This document shows, one piece after another, positions 38,858 through 52,164 of a stretch of DNA of 64,000 bases; within the stretch, counting starts at the first letter, position 1, and every line of letters starts with the position of its first letter. The position numbers were made by a program, and so were the translations under genes. The notes below the pieces were generated by a model. That model was given only the letters and a program-made list of their open reading frames with translations. It had not been told where the DNA came from and searched no databases. The stretch is from Myxococcales bacterium (lineage in GTDB: Bacteria; Myxococcota_A; Polyangia; Polyangiales; DASUME01). The stretch is taken from assembly GCA_047601445.1 (NCBI GenBank), contig JASGJH010000001.1, forward strand, positions 6,432,001-6,496,000, in the 5' to 3' direction.

Positions 38858-41080
38858 TCAGAGCTCGTCGGGTCGCTGTTGTCGCGTGGGGCGCGGCGCG
38901 GGTGGACCCGTGAGCACCTGTTTCAGCGCGTGGACCCTCGCCTCGAGCTCTTCGATGCGCTCCCGGGTGCGCTCTTGCTCGGCGTTGGCGCTCTTCAGCT
39001 GATCGCGCAGCTGGCCCACCGAGTTCTCTGCGTCGACTCGCCGCGAGCGTTCGCTGTCGAGGCTGTGTTCGGTGCGCTCCAGGTCCGCCTGCACGTCCGA
39101 GAGGCGCGCAGCGTTCGTCTCGAGGTCGGCCTTGAGCTGCTTCTGTTCTCGCTTGAGCTCGCGCTCCTCGGTCTCGTGCTGGCGCAGTCGCAGTGCCTGG
39201 ATGGACTTTTGATCCACCAGCATCGCCAGGTCGCCCTCGGTCTGCGCGAGGCGCGAGGCCAGCTGCTCGCGCGTCAGGCGGCTGCTCTGGTACTGCTGCT
39301 CGAGGTGCGTCACGTGGGCCTCGAGCTCCTTCCGGCGGGCCTGCTGTTCACTGAGGCTCGCCGAAATGCTCGCGGCGCGTTCGCGTGCTCGGTCGGCGCG
39401 TTCGCGGGCCTGGGCGGCCTCCAGGCGCTGCAGGGCAGCTTCACGCGAGAGCACGTAGACCACGGCGCTGAACAGGGCGAGCACGGCCACCGCAGTGGGG
39501 ATCGCCCAGCGCATCACGGACCAACGCCGCTCCGCCATCTCTTCGGGGCGAGTCAGCACGGCGAGCTCGCGGTAGAGCTCCTCGGAGCTCGGGCGTTGAT
39601 CCGGCGAGAGGTTGAGCCAGCGCTCGAAGTAAGGGCGGAGATCCCGCAGGTCGCCCCGCGAAGGAGCGTTTGGTGTGCGGGTCGCCCGGAAGGCCACGAA
39701 GGCATCTACGGCGCCGCCGGCGACCTCTTCGGTGGTGTCCGGGTCGAGTGCGCGGCGCAGGGTGAGGGCCAGCGAGAACACGTCGGCTTTGGGACCCACG
39801 GGGGCGGGATCGGGCGCGCCTGCGAAGCGGGCGGCGACCTCGGGCGCGAAGTAGGCAGGCGTGCCTGCCAGCACGAGCTCAGCGTCTTTGGCCGCCACAC
39901 CCAGATCGAGCAGCACCGGCAAGATGCGGCGCGGGGACGCCTGGGCGCCGGTCTCGGGATTGATCTGCGCCAGGAAGACGTTCTCGGGCTTCACGTCCTG
40001 ATGGCGCACCCCGGCGCGATGCATCGAGGCCAAGGCTTCCGTGAGCGGCTCGAAGATTTCGCGGGCTTCGCGCCGGCTCAGGGCTCCCCGCGACAGGCGC
40101 GTGGCCAGGGTTTCCCCGCGGTAGAGCGGCATCACGAACCACAGTCGGCCCTCGTGCCAACCGTGATCCTTGAGCTGCACTACCGACGGATGGAACACCG
40201 AGGCGATCAGCTGCAGTTCGCGCAGCGCCGCCTTCACCGAGCGGGTGTCTGCGGAGGCCGTACGCAGGATCTTGAGGGCCACCACGTGGTCGGTCACGTC
40301 CCGGTCGCGGGCCCGGTAGACGTCCGCGAAAGCGCCTGCCCCCAAGAGCGCTTCGATCTCGTAGCGCCCGGCGATCACGGCCCCCTTCTCGAGGACGGGC
40401 TTACGGCGGCTGCGGCGCGGGGCACGCGTACGGCGGGGGTCGAGTGCGAAGGCCTCCAGCAGGGCTCCCTCGAGCGTGCGGTCGCGGCTCTGGGGTCTTC
40501 GGCCCAGCAGGCGCTCGGTGCGGGCGAGGCCGTCGGTGATGCGGCGCTCGACCTCCTCCGAGCTCAGCCCGAGGACATGGGCGAGGTCCGCCACGGTGAG
40601 GCTGCGCGCGTAGCGCAGCTCGAGCACCTCGGCGATCTCGGCGGGTAGGGTGGCCCGTAGCTCGATCAGGCGCGCGCGCAGGCTCTCGTTGGCGGGGGCC
40701 CACCAGGCGTTGGCCCCTGGGTCCATGCTCTTCTTCGGGGCCTCGGACACCAGGCCGCGCATCAGGTGGTAGAGCTGCGCGCGCGGGCTCTGGTGGCGGT
40801 CGGTCTCTTCCTCGGAAGACTCCTCCTCCACGCGCTTCTCGAGCGCTTCGAGCAGCCGCGCCGCCGCCTCGGGTCCCACCCGCACCGCGGCGTACTGGAA
40901 GAGACTCTCCCAGTGGTGATCGAGCGCCCGGCCCGCCACCATGCTCGCGACCGTGCCCGCGATGGCCTGGCTCTCGAGCAGCGAGCGGGCGGCGATGTCC
41001 AGGGTCGGAACCACGCGTAGGCCCGGCCGATCGCCGCGCACTACGGAAGAAGATTCAGACCGGTCGATCCAACTCGTCAC
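38858..41080 (-). CDS. Ser/Thr protein kinase with N-terminal ECF-sigma-like region, TM helix and C-terminal coiled coil
   Basis: LGAGAFADVY, VALKIL, HQDVKPEN, DLG, GTPAYFAPE, ADVFSL; sigma4-like LPAEIAEVLELRYARSLTVADLAHVLGLS. Confidence 0.85.
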   Translation of the reverse strand: MTSWIDRSESSSVVRGDRPGLRVVPTLDIAARSLLESQAIAGTVASMVAGRALDHHWESLFQYAAVRVGPEAAARLLEALEKRVEEESSEEETDRHQSPRAQLYHLMRGLVSEAPKKSMDPGANAWWAPANESLRARLIELRATLPAEIAEVLELRYARSLTVADLAHVLGLSSEEVERRITDGLARTERLLGRRPQSRDRTLEGALLEAFALDPRRTRAPRRSRRKPVLEKGAVIAGRYEIEALLGAGAFADVYRARDRDVTDHVVALKILRTASADTRSVKAALRELQLIASVFHPSVVQLKDHGWHEGRLWFVMPLYRGETLATRLSRGALSRREAREIFEPLTEALASMHRAGVRHQDVKPENVFLAQINPETGAQASPRRILPVLLDLGVAAKDAELVLAGTPAYFAPEVAARFAGAPDPAPVGPKADVFSLALTLRRALDPDTTEEVAGGAVDAFVAFRATRTPNAPSRGDLRDLRPYFERWLNLSPDQRPSSEELYRELAVLTRPEEMAERRWSVMRWAIPTAVAVLALFSAVVYVLSREAALQRLEAAQARERADRARERAASISASLSEQQARRKELEAHVTHLEQQYQSSRLTREQLASRLAQTEGDLAMLVDQKSIQALRLRQHETEERELKREQKQLKADLETNAARLSDVQADLERTEHSLDSERSRRVDAENSVGQLRDQLKSANAEQERTRERIEELEARVHALKQVLTGPPAPRPTRQQRPDEL

Positions 41081-41252
41081 GATCGCACTCGCACAGGGTG
41101 GCGGCAGTTGCTGCCGTGGTGCCTTTCGGCGGTTTCCGTGGGGTTTCTTGGGCTAGCTAGCTCGCTCGCACGCGGATGCGCGAAGAGCCGAGGTGATCGA
41201 CCATCGGGTGGTGCAAGACCGTGCCCAAAATGCGCGCGCAGAGGGGCGCCGA

Positions 41253-41288
41253 TGGTCGAAGCGCGCCCTCGGGCGCGCGAGTGAAGAA
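41253..41288 (-). repeat. 36-bp hairpin motif, copy 1
   Basis: Minus strand reads TTCTTCACTCGCGCGCCCGAGGGCGCGCTTCGACCA. Confidence 0.8.
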
Positions 41289-41775
41289 CCGATTGTCGCT
41301 GCAGAATGCAGGGGCCGACAATTGCTGACAAATGGATAAGCCCACGTCGTTGCGAAGCTACCACCCGGGCCTCAGGGTGACCACGTGTCGCAGAGCTCCG
41401 AAATAGCCGTGGATTACGTCGGGTTGCCAACCGCAATTCTGACCCATTGTGGCGCCTGGGCCCGGCTCGGTGCCCTGCTTCACAGGTGCACTAGTGTGCC
41501 AGCGCGCGAACTTTGGAATCTGGGTGAAGCAGCCACGACAGCGGCGTCTTTCTCCACTACGCTCGGCGCTCGCTTCAGCGCAGTCGCAGTTTTGCGCGCA
41601 TTAAGCAATGTCTTGCCATGGTACGGGTTCCTGACACAGTGGCCCCACGAGGCGTACGTTTGCGCGAATCCACCCCAGCTCAGCCGCGTACCGAAAAGAA
41701 AGAGCGTGCCTCCGTGCATGTTCGCGCGCCCAGCTGCGTCGGCACGTCGCTCGTGTGCAAAGCCGCCCGCCTCAG

Positions 41776-41811
41776 TTCTTCGTTCGCGCGCCCGAGGGCG
41801 CGCTTCGACCA
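41776..41811 (+). repeat. 36-bp hairpin motif, copy 2
   Basis: TTCTTCGTTCGCGCGCCCGAGGGCGCGCTTCGACCA. Confidence 0.8.
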
Positions 41812-41917
41812 ACCCCGTAGGCGCGCCCCACGCGGCGTTGCACCCATTCTTGCATAGCGGGGAGGTGCTCGAGGGTGGTGACACCCACCCGGCCCCCCTG
41901 ATGAACCGAACCTGGAG

Positions 41918-44527
41918 TTGACCGTCGTGGCAGCCCAACCTGCAAAACGCGAAGAGCTAGCCGAAGCCAACGTGATCCGTCTCGCGAGCAACAAGCCCGT
42001 GAGCGCCGACGCGGTGGCCGAGGGCGCCGAAGAGTCCTGTGAGCGCGAGCGCGCGACCTCCTCCGCTTCAGCAAGCGTCGAACACGCTTCTTCGCACGTT
42101 CGAGCGCGCGGCGGCAGTGAGCCCTTCGATCGCGCCGTGGAGCGCGTGAGCGAGTACCTGCGGGCCGTGGGCCTGAGCGAGAGCGCGCGCATTCAAACGT
42201 TGGCGCTCGGGATCTGCGAAGGAGCCCTGATGGAAGGGGCGCTCGAGTCCAAGCTCCCTGAGCGCGCCGTGGCTGCAGCCCAGGTACGCGTCGAGGCGTT
42301 TTGGCACGACGTGTTCGGCGAACAGGTGAAGACGGTCGATCCGTTGTGGTCGCGTACCTTTGCCGGAGCCCTGCCGGAGGTGTTCCTGGGCGATGTGGCC
42401 GAGGCGCAGCGGGCGGCGAGTTTGTTTGGCGATCCTCAGCTGGGGCGTGCCCCCACGCGCGTTCAGTTCCGCGACCAGGCCCTTCATCCGCTCACCGTCC
42501 CGCGCTGGCTCGTCGGCTTCGCTCCGGCGGTGGTGCTGACCGTGTCCGCCAGCCTCTTGCTCCTGCGGGACCTGGCCCAAGATGGCCTGTCCGTGCTGGA
42601 AGCCAGCTGGACCGGGCTGTTCGCCTTCTTGTTCGGCTTCGCGGCCCTCGGCTTGAGCGCGGCGACCTACGGCTTCGCGGCCGGGCTCCGCAAGCGCAAG
42701 GGAAGCGCCAGCGAAGCGGCTCCCGCGGCGAGCGGCGACTTGCCCCGCAGCGTGCTCCTGATGCCCGTGTATCACGAGAGCGCCGAGGACGTGTTCGCGG
42801 CGCTGATGGCGATGCGCGAGTCGCTCGAGCACACGCCGGGTGGCGATTGCTTCGAGATCTTCGTGCTCAGCGACTCCCGTGACGCCGAGAAGGCCGCCGA
42901 GGAAGAGCGCGCGTTTCGTCGCGTGGCGGCCGACACCTCGTCGCGCATCCCGGTCTACTACCGACGCCGGGCGCGCAACGACCGCCAGAAGGCGGGTAAC
43001 CTGGCCGAGTTCTTCGAGCGCTGGGGCCATCGCTACACCTACGCCGTGGTGCTCGATGCCGACAGCCTGATGCGCGGCGACACGCTGGTGGAGATGGTGC
43101 GCCGCATCCACGCGGACCCCAAGGTTGCGTTGCTCCAGGCCCCGCTCGAGCTGCATCGCGGCACCACGCTGTTCGCGCGCGCGCAGCAGCACGCTGCCAG
43201 CGTGAGCGGTCCCATGTTTACCCGCGGTCTTGCGGTGTGGGCCGGCGGCACCGGCAACTACTACGGCCACAACGCCGTGGTGCGGGTGCAGGCGTTCCTC
43301 GATTGCTGCGCCCTCCCCGAGCTGCGCGGTGAAGCCCCGCTCGGTGGTCACATCTTGAGCCACGACTTCGTGGAGGCCGCGCTCCTGTGCAGGGCTGGTT
43401 GGGAAGTGCGCATCGCGCACGAGCTCAGCGGCAGCTGGGAAGAGCTGCCCCCCACGCTCTCTGCCTATGTCACGCGTGACCGTCGTTGGTGCCAGGGCAA
43501 CCTGCAGCACGTGAAGGTGGCGATGTCCGAGGGCCTCAAGCCCATGAGTCGTCTGCACATGGCTTGCGGCGTGGCTTCCTATCTGGCTTCTCCGCTCTGG
43601 CTGGCCTTCGTGAGCTTGGGCGTCACCATGGCTTTCCTGGGCGGCGGCCCCTTCGTGTCGCGTCCCCTCGCGCTGCTGCTCTCCGCGCTCACGGCGGTTG
43701 TGCTGCTCGGGCCGCGCCTGCTCGGCACCATCTCCACGCTGCTCGACGCCGACCAGCGTCGCGCCCACGGTGGCGCGCTGCGTTTGATCGCGAGCGTGGG
43801 CACCGAAGCCACCTTCTCGGCGCTGCTCGCGCCGCTGATGATGCTGCACCACACGCGGATCGTGGCCTCCATCCTATCCGGCACCTCGGTTCGCTGGGGT
43901 GCGCAGAAGCGCAAGGCCAGCGGTGAGTTTCTCACGGCCGTGCGCACCGAGCTCTCGACCACGCTGCTCGGCGTCAGCCTCGTCGCTTACCTGATGCACG
44001 CGGCGCCCCAGCTCGTGTGGCCGCTCTCGCCGCTCTGGCTGCCCTGGGCGCTCGCGATTCCGCTGGCCTGGGTGGCCTCGAGCAGCCGCGCCGGCAACCT
44101 ACTGCGCAGCCTGGGGCTGTTGTGGGTGCCGAGTGAGACCGAGCCCGCCGAGATCGCCCAGCGCGTGGACGACCTGCGCGCCCTGACTGCACCCGATGAG
44201 GCGGCCCGTTTCCGCGACCTGGTGCTCGACCCGGTGCTGGTCTCGGTGCACGTGCAGCGCCTGCGCGGCTCTTCGCTCGCGCACCCGAGGGCGCGCGCCG
44301 ACCAGGCGCAGGGCACGGCTCCTCGAGCCAACGAGCTCGAGCTCCCCCGCCTGCGTCAGCGCGCCCTGCGCGCCGGTCCTGCTGGGCTCACCGCTGAGGA
44401 GCGCCGTGCGCTCACGCGTGATGCCGAGAGCATGCTGTATCTGCACCGTGAGGCCTGGCAGCACTGGCCCGTGGAGTCTTGGCGCCTGTCCCGCGAGCAG
44501 CCTCAGCTGCCCGTCGAGCCTGCCTGA
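41918..44527 (+). CDS. mdoH: Glucans biosynthesis glucosyltransferase H (GT2)
   Basis: LMPVYHE, VLSDS, KAGN, VLDADS, GNYYGHNA, ILSHDFVEA, RDRRWCQGNLQH. Start uncertain. Confidence 0.93.
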   Translation: MTVVAAQPAKREELAEANVIRLASNKPVSADAVAEGAEESCERERATSSASASVEHASSHVRARGGSEPFDRAVERVSEYLRAVGLSESARIQTLALGICEGALMEGALESKLPERAVAAAQVRVEAFWHDVFGEQVKTVDPLWSRTFAGALPEVFLGDVAEAQRAASLFGDPQLGRAPTRVQFRDQALHPLTVPRWLVGFAPAVVLTVSASLLLLRDLAQDGLSVLEASWTGLFAFLFGFAALGLSAATYGFAAGLRKRKGSASEAAPAASGDLPRSVLLMPVYHESAEDVFAALMAMRESLEHTPGGDCFEIFVLSDSRDAEKAAEEERAFRRVAADTSSRIPVYYRRRARNDRQKAGNLAEFFERWGHRYTYAVVLDADSLMRGDTLVEMVRRIHADPKVALLQAPLELHRGTTLFARAQQHAASVSGPMFTRGLAVWAGGTGNYYGHNAVVRVQAFLDCCALPELRGEAPLGGHILSHDFVEAALLCRAGWEVRIAHELSGSWEELPPTLSAYVTRDRRWCQGNLQHVKVAMSEGLKPMSRLHMACGVASYLASPLWLAFVSLGVTMAFLGGGPFVSRPLALLLSALTAVVLLGPRLLGTISTLLDADQRRAHGGALRLIASVGTEATFSALLAPLMMLHHTRIVASILSGTSVRWGAQKRKASGEFLTAVRTELSTTLLGVSLVAYLMHAAPQLVWPLSPLWLPWALAIPLAWVASSSRAGNLLRSLGLLWVPSETEPAEIAQRVDDLRALTAPDEAARFRDLVLDPVLVSVHVQRLRGSSLAHPRARADQAQGTAPRANELELPRLRQRALRAGPAGLTAEERRALTRDAESMLYLHREAWQHWPVESWRLSREQPQLPVEPA

Positions 44528-44686
44528 TTCTAGCGCCCTCTGTGCGCTTCCAGGCCCCGCCTGGCCCCTCAGGCCGCACCGGGGCCGTTGACAGGCCCTG
44601 GCTCGAGTCCACCTTTCAAGCTCGCGTTGCGCGCGTCGTCCCTGGAACGACGCACCAGGAGAGCTTCGGGATAAGGAGGGTTCGAG

Positions 44687-45089
44687 ATGGCAATCAGCAA
44701 AGCTTCCGCCAGCTGGCAAGGCACGCTCAAGGACGGCCGCGGCAACATGAAGCCGGATCACGGCAGCGATGTGCCGTTCTCCCTGGCTACACGCTTCGAG
44801 GGCGTCAAAGGCAGCAATCCGGAGGAGATGATCGGCGCAGCCCTGGCCGGCTGCTTCTCGATGGCGCTTGCGGCCTCGCTCTCCCGCGCCGGGCTGGCCC
44901 CCACGTCGATTCGCACCGAGGCCAGCGTGCGGCTCGACAAGGACGGTGAGGGCTTCTCGATCACCCAGATCAACCTGACGACCCAGGCTCAGGTGCCCGG
45001 CATCGACGCGGCCAAGTTCGAGACCATCGCCCAGGAGACCAAGAAGAACTGTCCGGTCTCCAAGGCCCTGGCCGGCACCAAGATCGAGC

Positions 45090-45109
<20 letters not shown>
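44687..45109 (+). CDS. osmC: OsmC family peroxiredoxin
   Basis: SNPEEMIGAALAGCFSMAL and KKNCPVSKAL; AGGAGG RBS. Confidence 0.93.
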
Positions 45110-48962
<3,853 letters not shown>

Positions 48963-49128
48963 TCCGCGCGCACGGCGTCGCAGTCCGCGCGGACGAGCAT
49001 GGTATCCGGCTACGGACGCACGGCGCGCCGGGAAGTTTCGTGAGCCAGCCCGCAGCCCTCTCGATCCGCAGCCAGGACTGCTCTTCCGCGCATGCAGGTG
49101 CGTGGCCCACCCGGGCGGTGAGCTTCGC

Positions 49129-50202
49129 TCAGCCCACGCTCGAGGCGCGATCGGCCCCGTAGTCCCGCTGATAAATGCGCACCAGGGCCAGGAAGAACGT
49201 CACCAGTAGCGGCCCCAGCAGCAGCCCCACGGTCCCGAACGCCGCCAACCCGCCGAGCAGCGCGAAGAACACCACCGCCCCGTGCATCTCCAGGCCGCGC
49301 CGCACGAGCAGCGGCTTGATGATGTTGTCCATCAGGCCCACCACGGCGATGCCCCACACCGCGAGGAACCCGGCCAGGAAGGCCTTCCCCTGTAGGAACA
49401 GCCACAGCGCGCCCACCAGGCACATGCCGCCTGCGCCCACCGCGGGGATGAAGGCCGTGAAGAAGGTGACCGTGGCGAAGAAGAAGGGATGGGGGAGCGA
49501 GCTCACCAGGTATCCCAGCAAGGCCGCCGCCGCTTGCACGCCCGCGGTCGCGATGGTGGACGCCAGCACCGACACCGAGACCTTACGGAATTCTCTTAGC
49601 AGCTCGAGCGTCTGACCAGGCGCCAGCGGGGACACCTGCTCAATCCACGCCACCAAGTTCACGCCGTCGATGAGTAAGAAGAACAGAGCGATGAGCATCA
49701 TCACGGTCTGCACCAGCACGGACCCCGTGGCCGCCAGTGCACCGGTTACTGCACGTGCTGCCTTGCCGCCCTGCGCGCTGGCCTGCTCCTGGAGGGTCGC
49801 GTCGATCTCCTCCTCTTCGATGGGAAACCTCTCGAGCAGGTCGTCGGCCAGGTCATGCAGCCCATTCGGGAGCTGATCGATGAGTCCCGTCACACCCTCG
49901 CTGTTGATGGTCTCCACCACGAAGCGAGCACCAGATACGCTCTCGCGCACCACGAAAGCAGCGATGCCCCCGAATGGCACCAACAACGCCAGGACCACCA
50001 CGAGGCACAACACGCCCGCACTCAAATCCTTGCGGCCGCGCAGTCGCGGCACGAGGCGCACTTGCAGCGGATGCAGGGCACCGGCCAACACGGCCGCAAA
50101 AATAAAGGCTTCGAAGAAGGGGCGAATGATCAGGCCGAGCAGGAAGAGCGCAGCCAGGATCAAACCGCCAAAGATCTTTCGGGCGCTGGTGTGTGTGTCC
50201 AT
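49129..50202 (-). CDS. AI-2E family transporter
   Basis: Multiple TMs; AFIPAVG, DNIIKPLL, GGLAAFGTVGLLLGP. Start moved to ATG 50202. Confidence 0.92.
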   Translation of the reverse strand: MDTHTSARKIFGGLILAALFLLGLIIRPFFEAFIFAAVLAGALHPLQVRLVPRLRGRKDLSAGVLCLVVVLALLVPFGGIAAFVVRESVSGARFVVETINSEGVTGLIDQLPNGLHDLADDLLERFPIEEEEIDATLQEQASAQGGKAARAVTGALAATGSVLVQTVMMLIALFFLLIDGVNLVAWIEQVSPLAPGQTLELLREFRKVSVSVLASTIATAGVQAAAALLGYLVSSLPHPFFFATVTFFTAFIPAVGAGGMCLVGALWLFLQGKAFLAGFLAVWGIAVVGLMDNIIKPLLVRRGLEMHGAVVFFALLGGLAAFGTVGLLLGPLLVTFFLALVRIYQRDYGADRASSVG

Positions 50203-50426
50203 GACTTCCTGACCATAGAGGGCAAAAGGGCGTGAGGAAATGCAGTGGCCCAGCTCGCTCTCATGAGCACTGCCAGCGGAAAACAACACTCACACCACAT
50301 TTGTGCCGCACAACCGCGTACTTTCTCTCGTCACAGATATGAAATCGGGGGGAAGAAAGGTTGCCATCATCGTCAAGGTCGAGGAACCTGGACGTGTTAG
50401 GGGGCCTTCGGGCCTAGGGTGCCATC

Positions 50427-50801
50427 ATGGTCTGGCTCAACGAGATATCGCCTTGGACGGTCGCGGCCTTTGGGCTGGGCTGGATCGGAGTCTCCGGAGC
50501 GTTGGCCCTGGTTCTCGGAAAGGTGCTCGCGCGCACCAATCGAGCGGCAGAGAACGAAGAGCTCGCCCTCGAGCGCGCCCGCGCCGAGCGCGCGGCGGGC
50601 ACGCCGGCGATCCAGTACGAGCCCACTGGGGACTGGCTGCTCGACTCGGCCAGCCAAGACAGCTTCGAAGAAGATGAGGCCTACGCAGGCCGTGCCGCCA
50701 GCGGGACCCGCTTCAAGCCCGTCCACGATGAGAGCGACGCCGGTGGCGCTGAGAGCGAAGCCGCGCGCGACAACGTTCGTCCGCTGCGCAACGTCCGCTA
50801 G
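50427..50801 (+). CDS. Small membrane-anchored hypothetical protein
   Basis: N-terminal TM helix and acidic tail; fills the gap between genes. Confidence 0.55.
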   Translation: MVWLNEISPWTVAAFGLGWIGVSGALALVLGKVLARTNRAAENEELALERARAERAAGTPAIQYEPTGDWLLDSASQDSFEEDEAYAGRAASGTRFKPVHDESDAGGAESEAARDNVRPLRNVR

Positions 50802-50827
50802 CCCCTCTTCCCCGTAGACCCCATTTC

Positions 50828-50863
50828 TTCTTCGCTCGCGCGCCCGAGGGCACGCTTCGACCA
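50828..50863 (+). repeat. 36-bp hairpin motif, copy 3
   Basis: TTCTTCGCTCGCGCGCCCGAGGGCACGCTTCGACCA. Confidence 0.8.
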
Positions 50864-50890
50864 CCGCTCTTTTGCAGCAGGCGCACCGCC

Positions 50891-52012
50891 ATGGCGAAGG
50901 CTCCCTTCGACGCGTTGTTCGCGCTGCTCTTGGCAGAAGACGCACCAGCACATGTCGCCGCGCACCACGCTGCGCTCGAGCACGCTCTGTCGGCTCGCGT
51001 TCTGCCTGAGGCGCTGACCCGACTCGAGACCCACAAGGTGTTGCCCCTCCTGGCCCATCAGCTGACACGCGCCGGGCGCATCGCGACCATCGATGGAGAC
51101 GCGCGCGCTCGTCTGGAGCTCGCCCAGCGCAAGGTACGCGAGCTGAACCAGGTGCTGTTCGTGTCCGCCAGCCTGGCACTCAAGCTGGCGCAGGAAGCCG
51201 AGTGCGCGCCGCTGGTGCTCAAGGGACTCCTGCTGGCGGACTCGTACTATCCGGATCCTTCCACGCGGCCCATGGGAGACTTCGACCTGGTGGCGCCTCC
51301 TGGGCAGTTCGAGCGGCTGCAGCGTGCACTGGAGCGCGCCGGCTTCACGCCCGTGATGGACCACGTGGAGCAGGAGCACGCCGTGGCCTTCGCCAATCGG
51401 ATGGGCGTGTCGTGCGACGTGCATGCTTACCTCGAGTCTTACCCCCAGCTCGACTGGGCCGCGTGGACCCGCCACAGCAAGCTGCAGCGCGTGCACGGAG
51501 TGTCGTTGCGGACGCTCGAGCCGAACCTGATGTTGGCCCACGCCATCGACCACCTGTACGGGCACGCGCGCGAAACGGGGCTCGTGCTGTTGTGGTTGAT
51601 CGACATCGCGCTGATGCTGCGAAGACACGCGGCGGAGTTCGATCTCGGCATGCTTCGGGCTCTGCTCGGCCGACCTGCCATGTGGGTGTTCCTGCTACGG
51701 GTGCTTGGCTTGCTCGAGCATCATGGCGTTGCGCTACCAGCCGCACTGGCTCCGCTGCGAGGCCCGATCACGAAACTCCCAGCGCTCAGCCTGGCGCAGG
51801 TGATGCGCGGCCGACGCACGCTGCCTTGGGGACTGCCCGCGCCGCTGGGGTACCTGCGCCTCCTGGCCACGAGCCTCTCGCTGCGCGACTACGCACAGCA
51901 CGCTTCGCGCAGCAGACCGCACGCAATCGATGTCCTGCTTTTGCCGTTGGACATGCTGATCACGCGCCTCGCCGAGAACGCGCTTTCGCGTGTGATCGAG
52001 TGCGATAGCTAG
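50891..52012 (+). CDS. Nucleotidyltransferase family protein (NTP_transf_5-like)
   Basis: VLKG, RPMGDFDL, CDVH, WLIDIA motifs. Confidence 0.8.
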   Translation: MAKAPFDALFALLLAEDAPAHVAAHHAALEHALSARVLPEALTRLETHKVLPLLAHQLTRAGRIATIDGDARARLELAQRKVRELNQVLFVSASLALKLAQEAECAPLVLKGLLLADSYYPDPSTRPMGDFDLVAPPGQFERLQRALERAGFTPVMDHVEQEHAVAFANRMGVSCDVHAYLESYPQLDWAAWTRHSKLQRVHGVSLRTLEPNLMLAHAIDHLYGHARETGLVLLWLIDIALMLRRHAAEFDLGMLRALLGRPAMWVFLLRVLGLLEHHGVALPAALAPLRGPITKLPALSLAQVMRGRRTLPWGLPAPLGYLRLLATSLSLRDYAQHASRSRPHAIDVLLLPLDMLITRLAENALSRVIECDS

Positions 52013-52164
52013 CGCGAGTCGAGCCTTTTCGTGTGGTATCGGGGGCTCGGATCAGTTGATCTGGGCGGCGCCGATTGAGTTTGCGGACTATCGTTTCATG
52101 ATCTCGATCGCTGCGCACACGTTGCGCCCTTGTGTCGGCGTAGCAAGCGCCGCCCTCCAATAGG

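Noticed and set aside
41212..41227. Sigma-54 promoter for the sigma-kinase (minus strand TGGGCACGGTCTTGCA)
   Set aside because: GGCAC-to-TTGC spacing is one base short of consensus and the alternative register loses CAC; too weak to call.
41385..41938. ORFs inside the kinase-mdoH intergenic region
   Set aside because: No motifs or RBS, mutually overlapping, and they run through the 36-bp motif.
50427..50801. Lasso-peptide precursor
   Set aside because: Too long, has an N-terminal TM helix, and no cyclase or peptidase genes are nearby.
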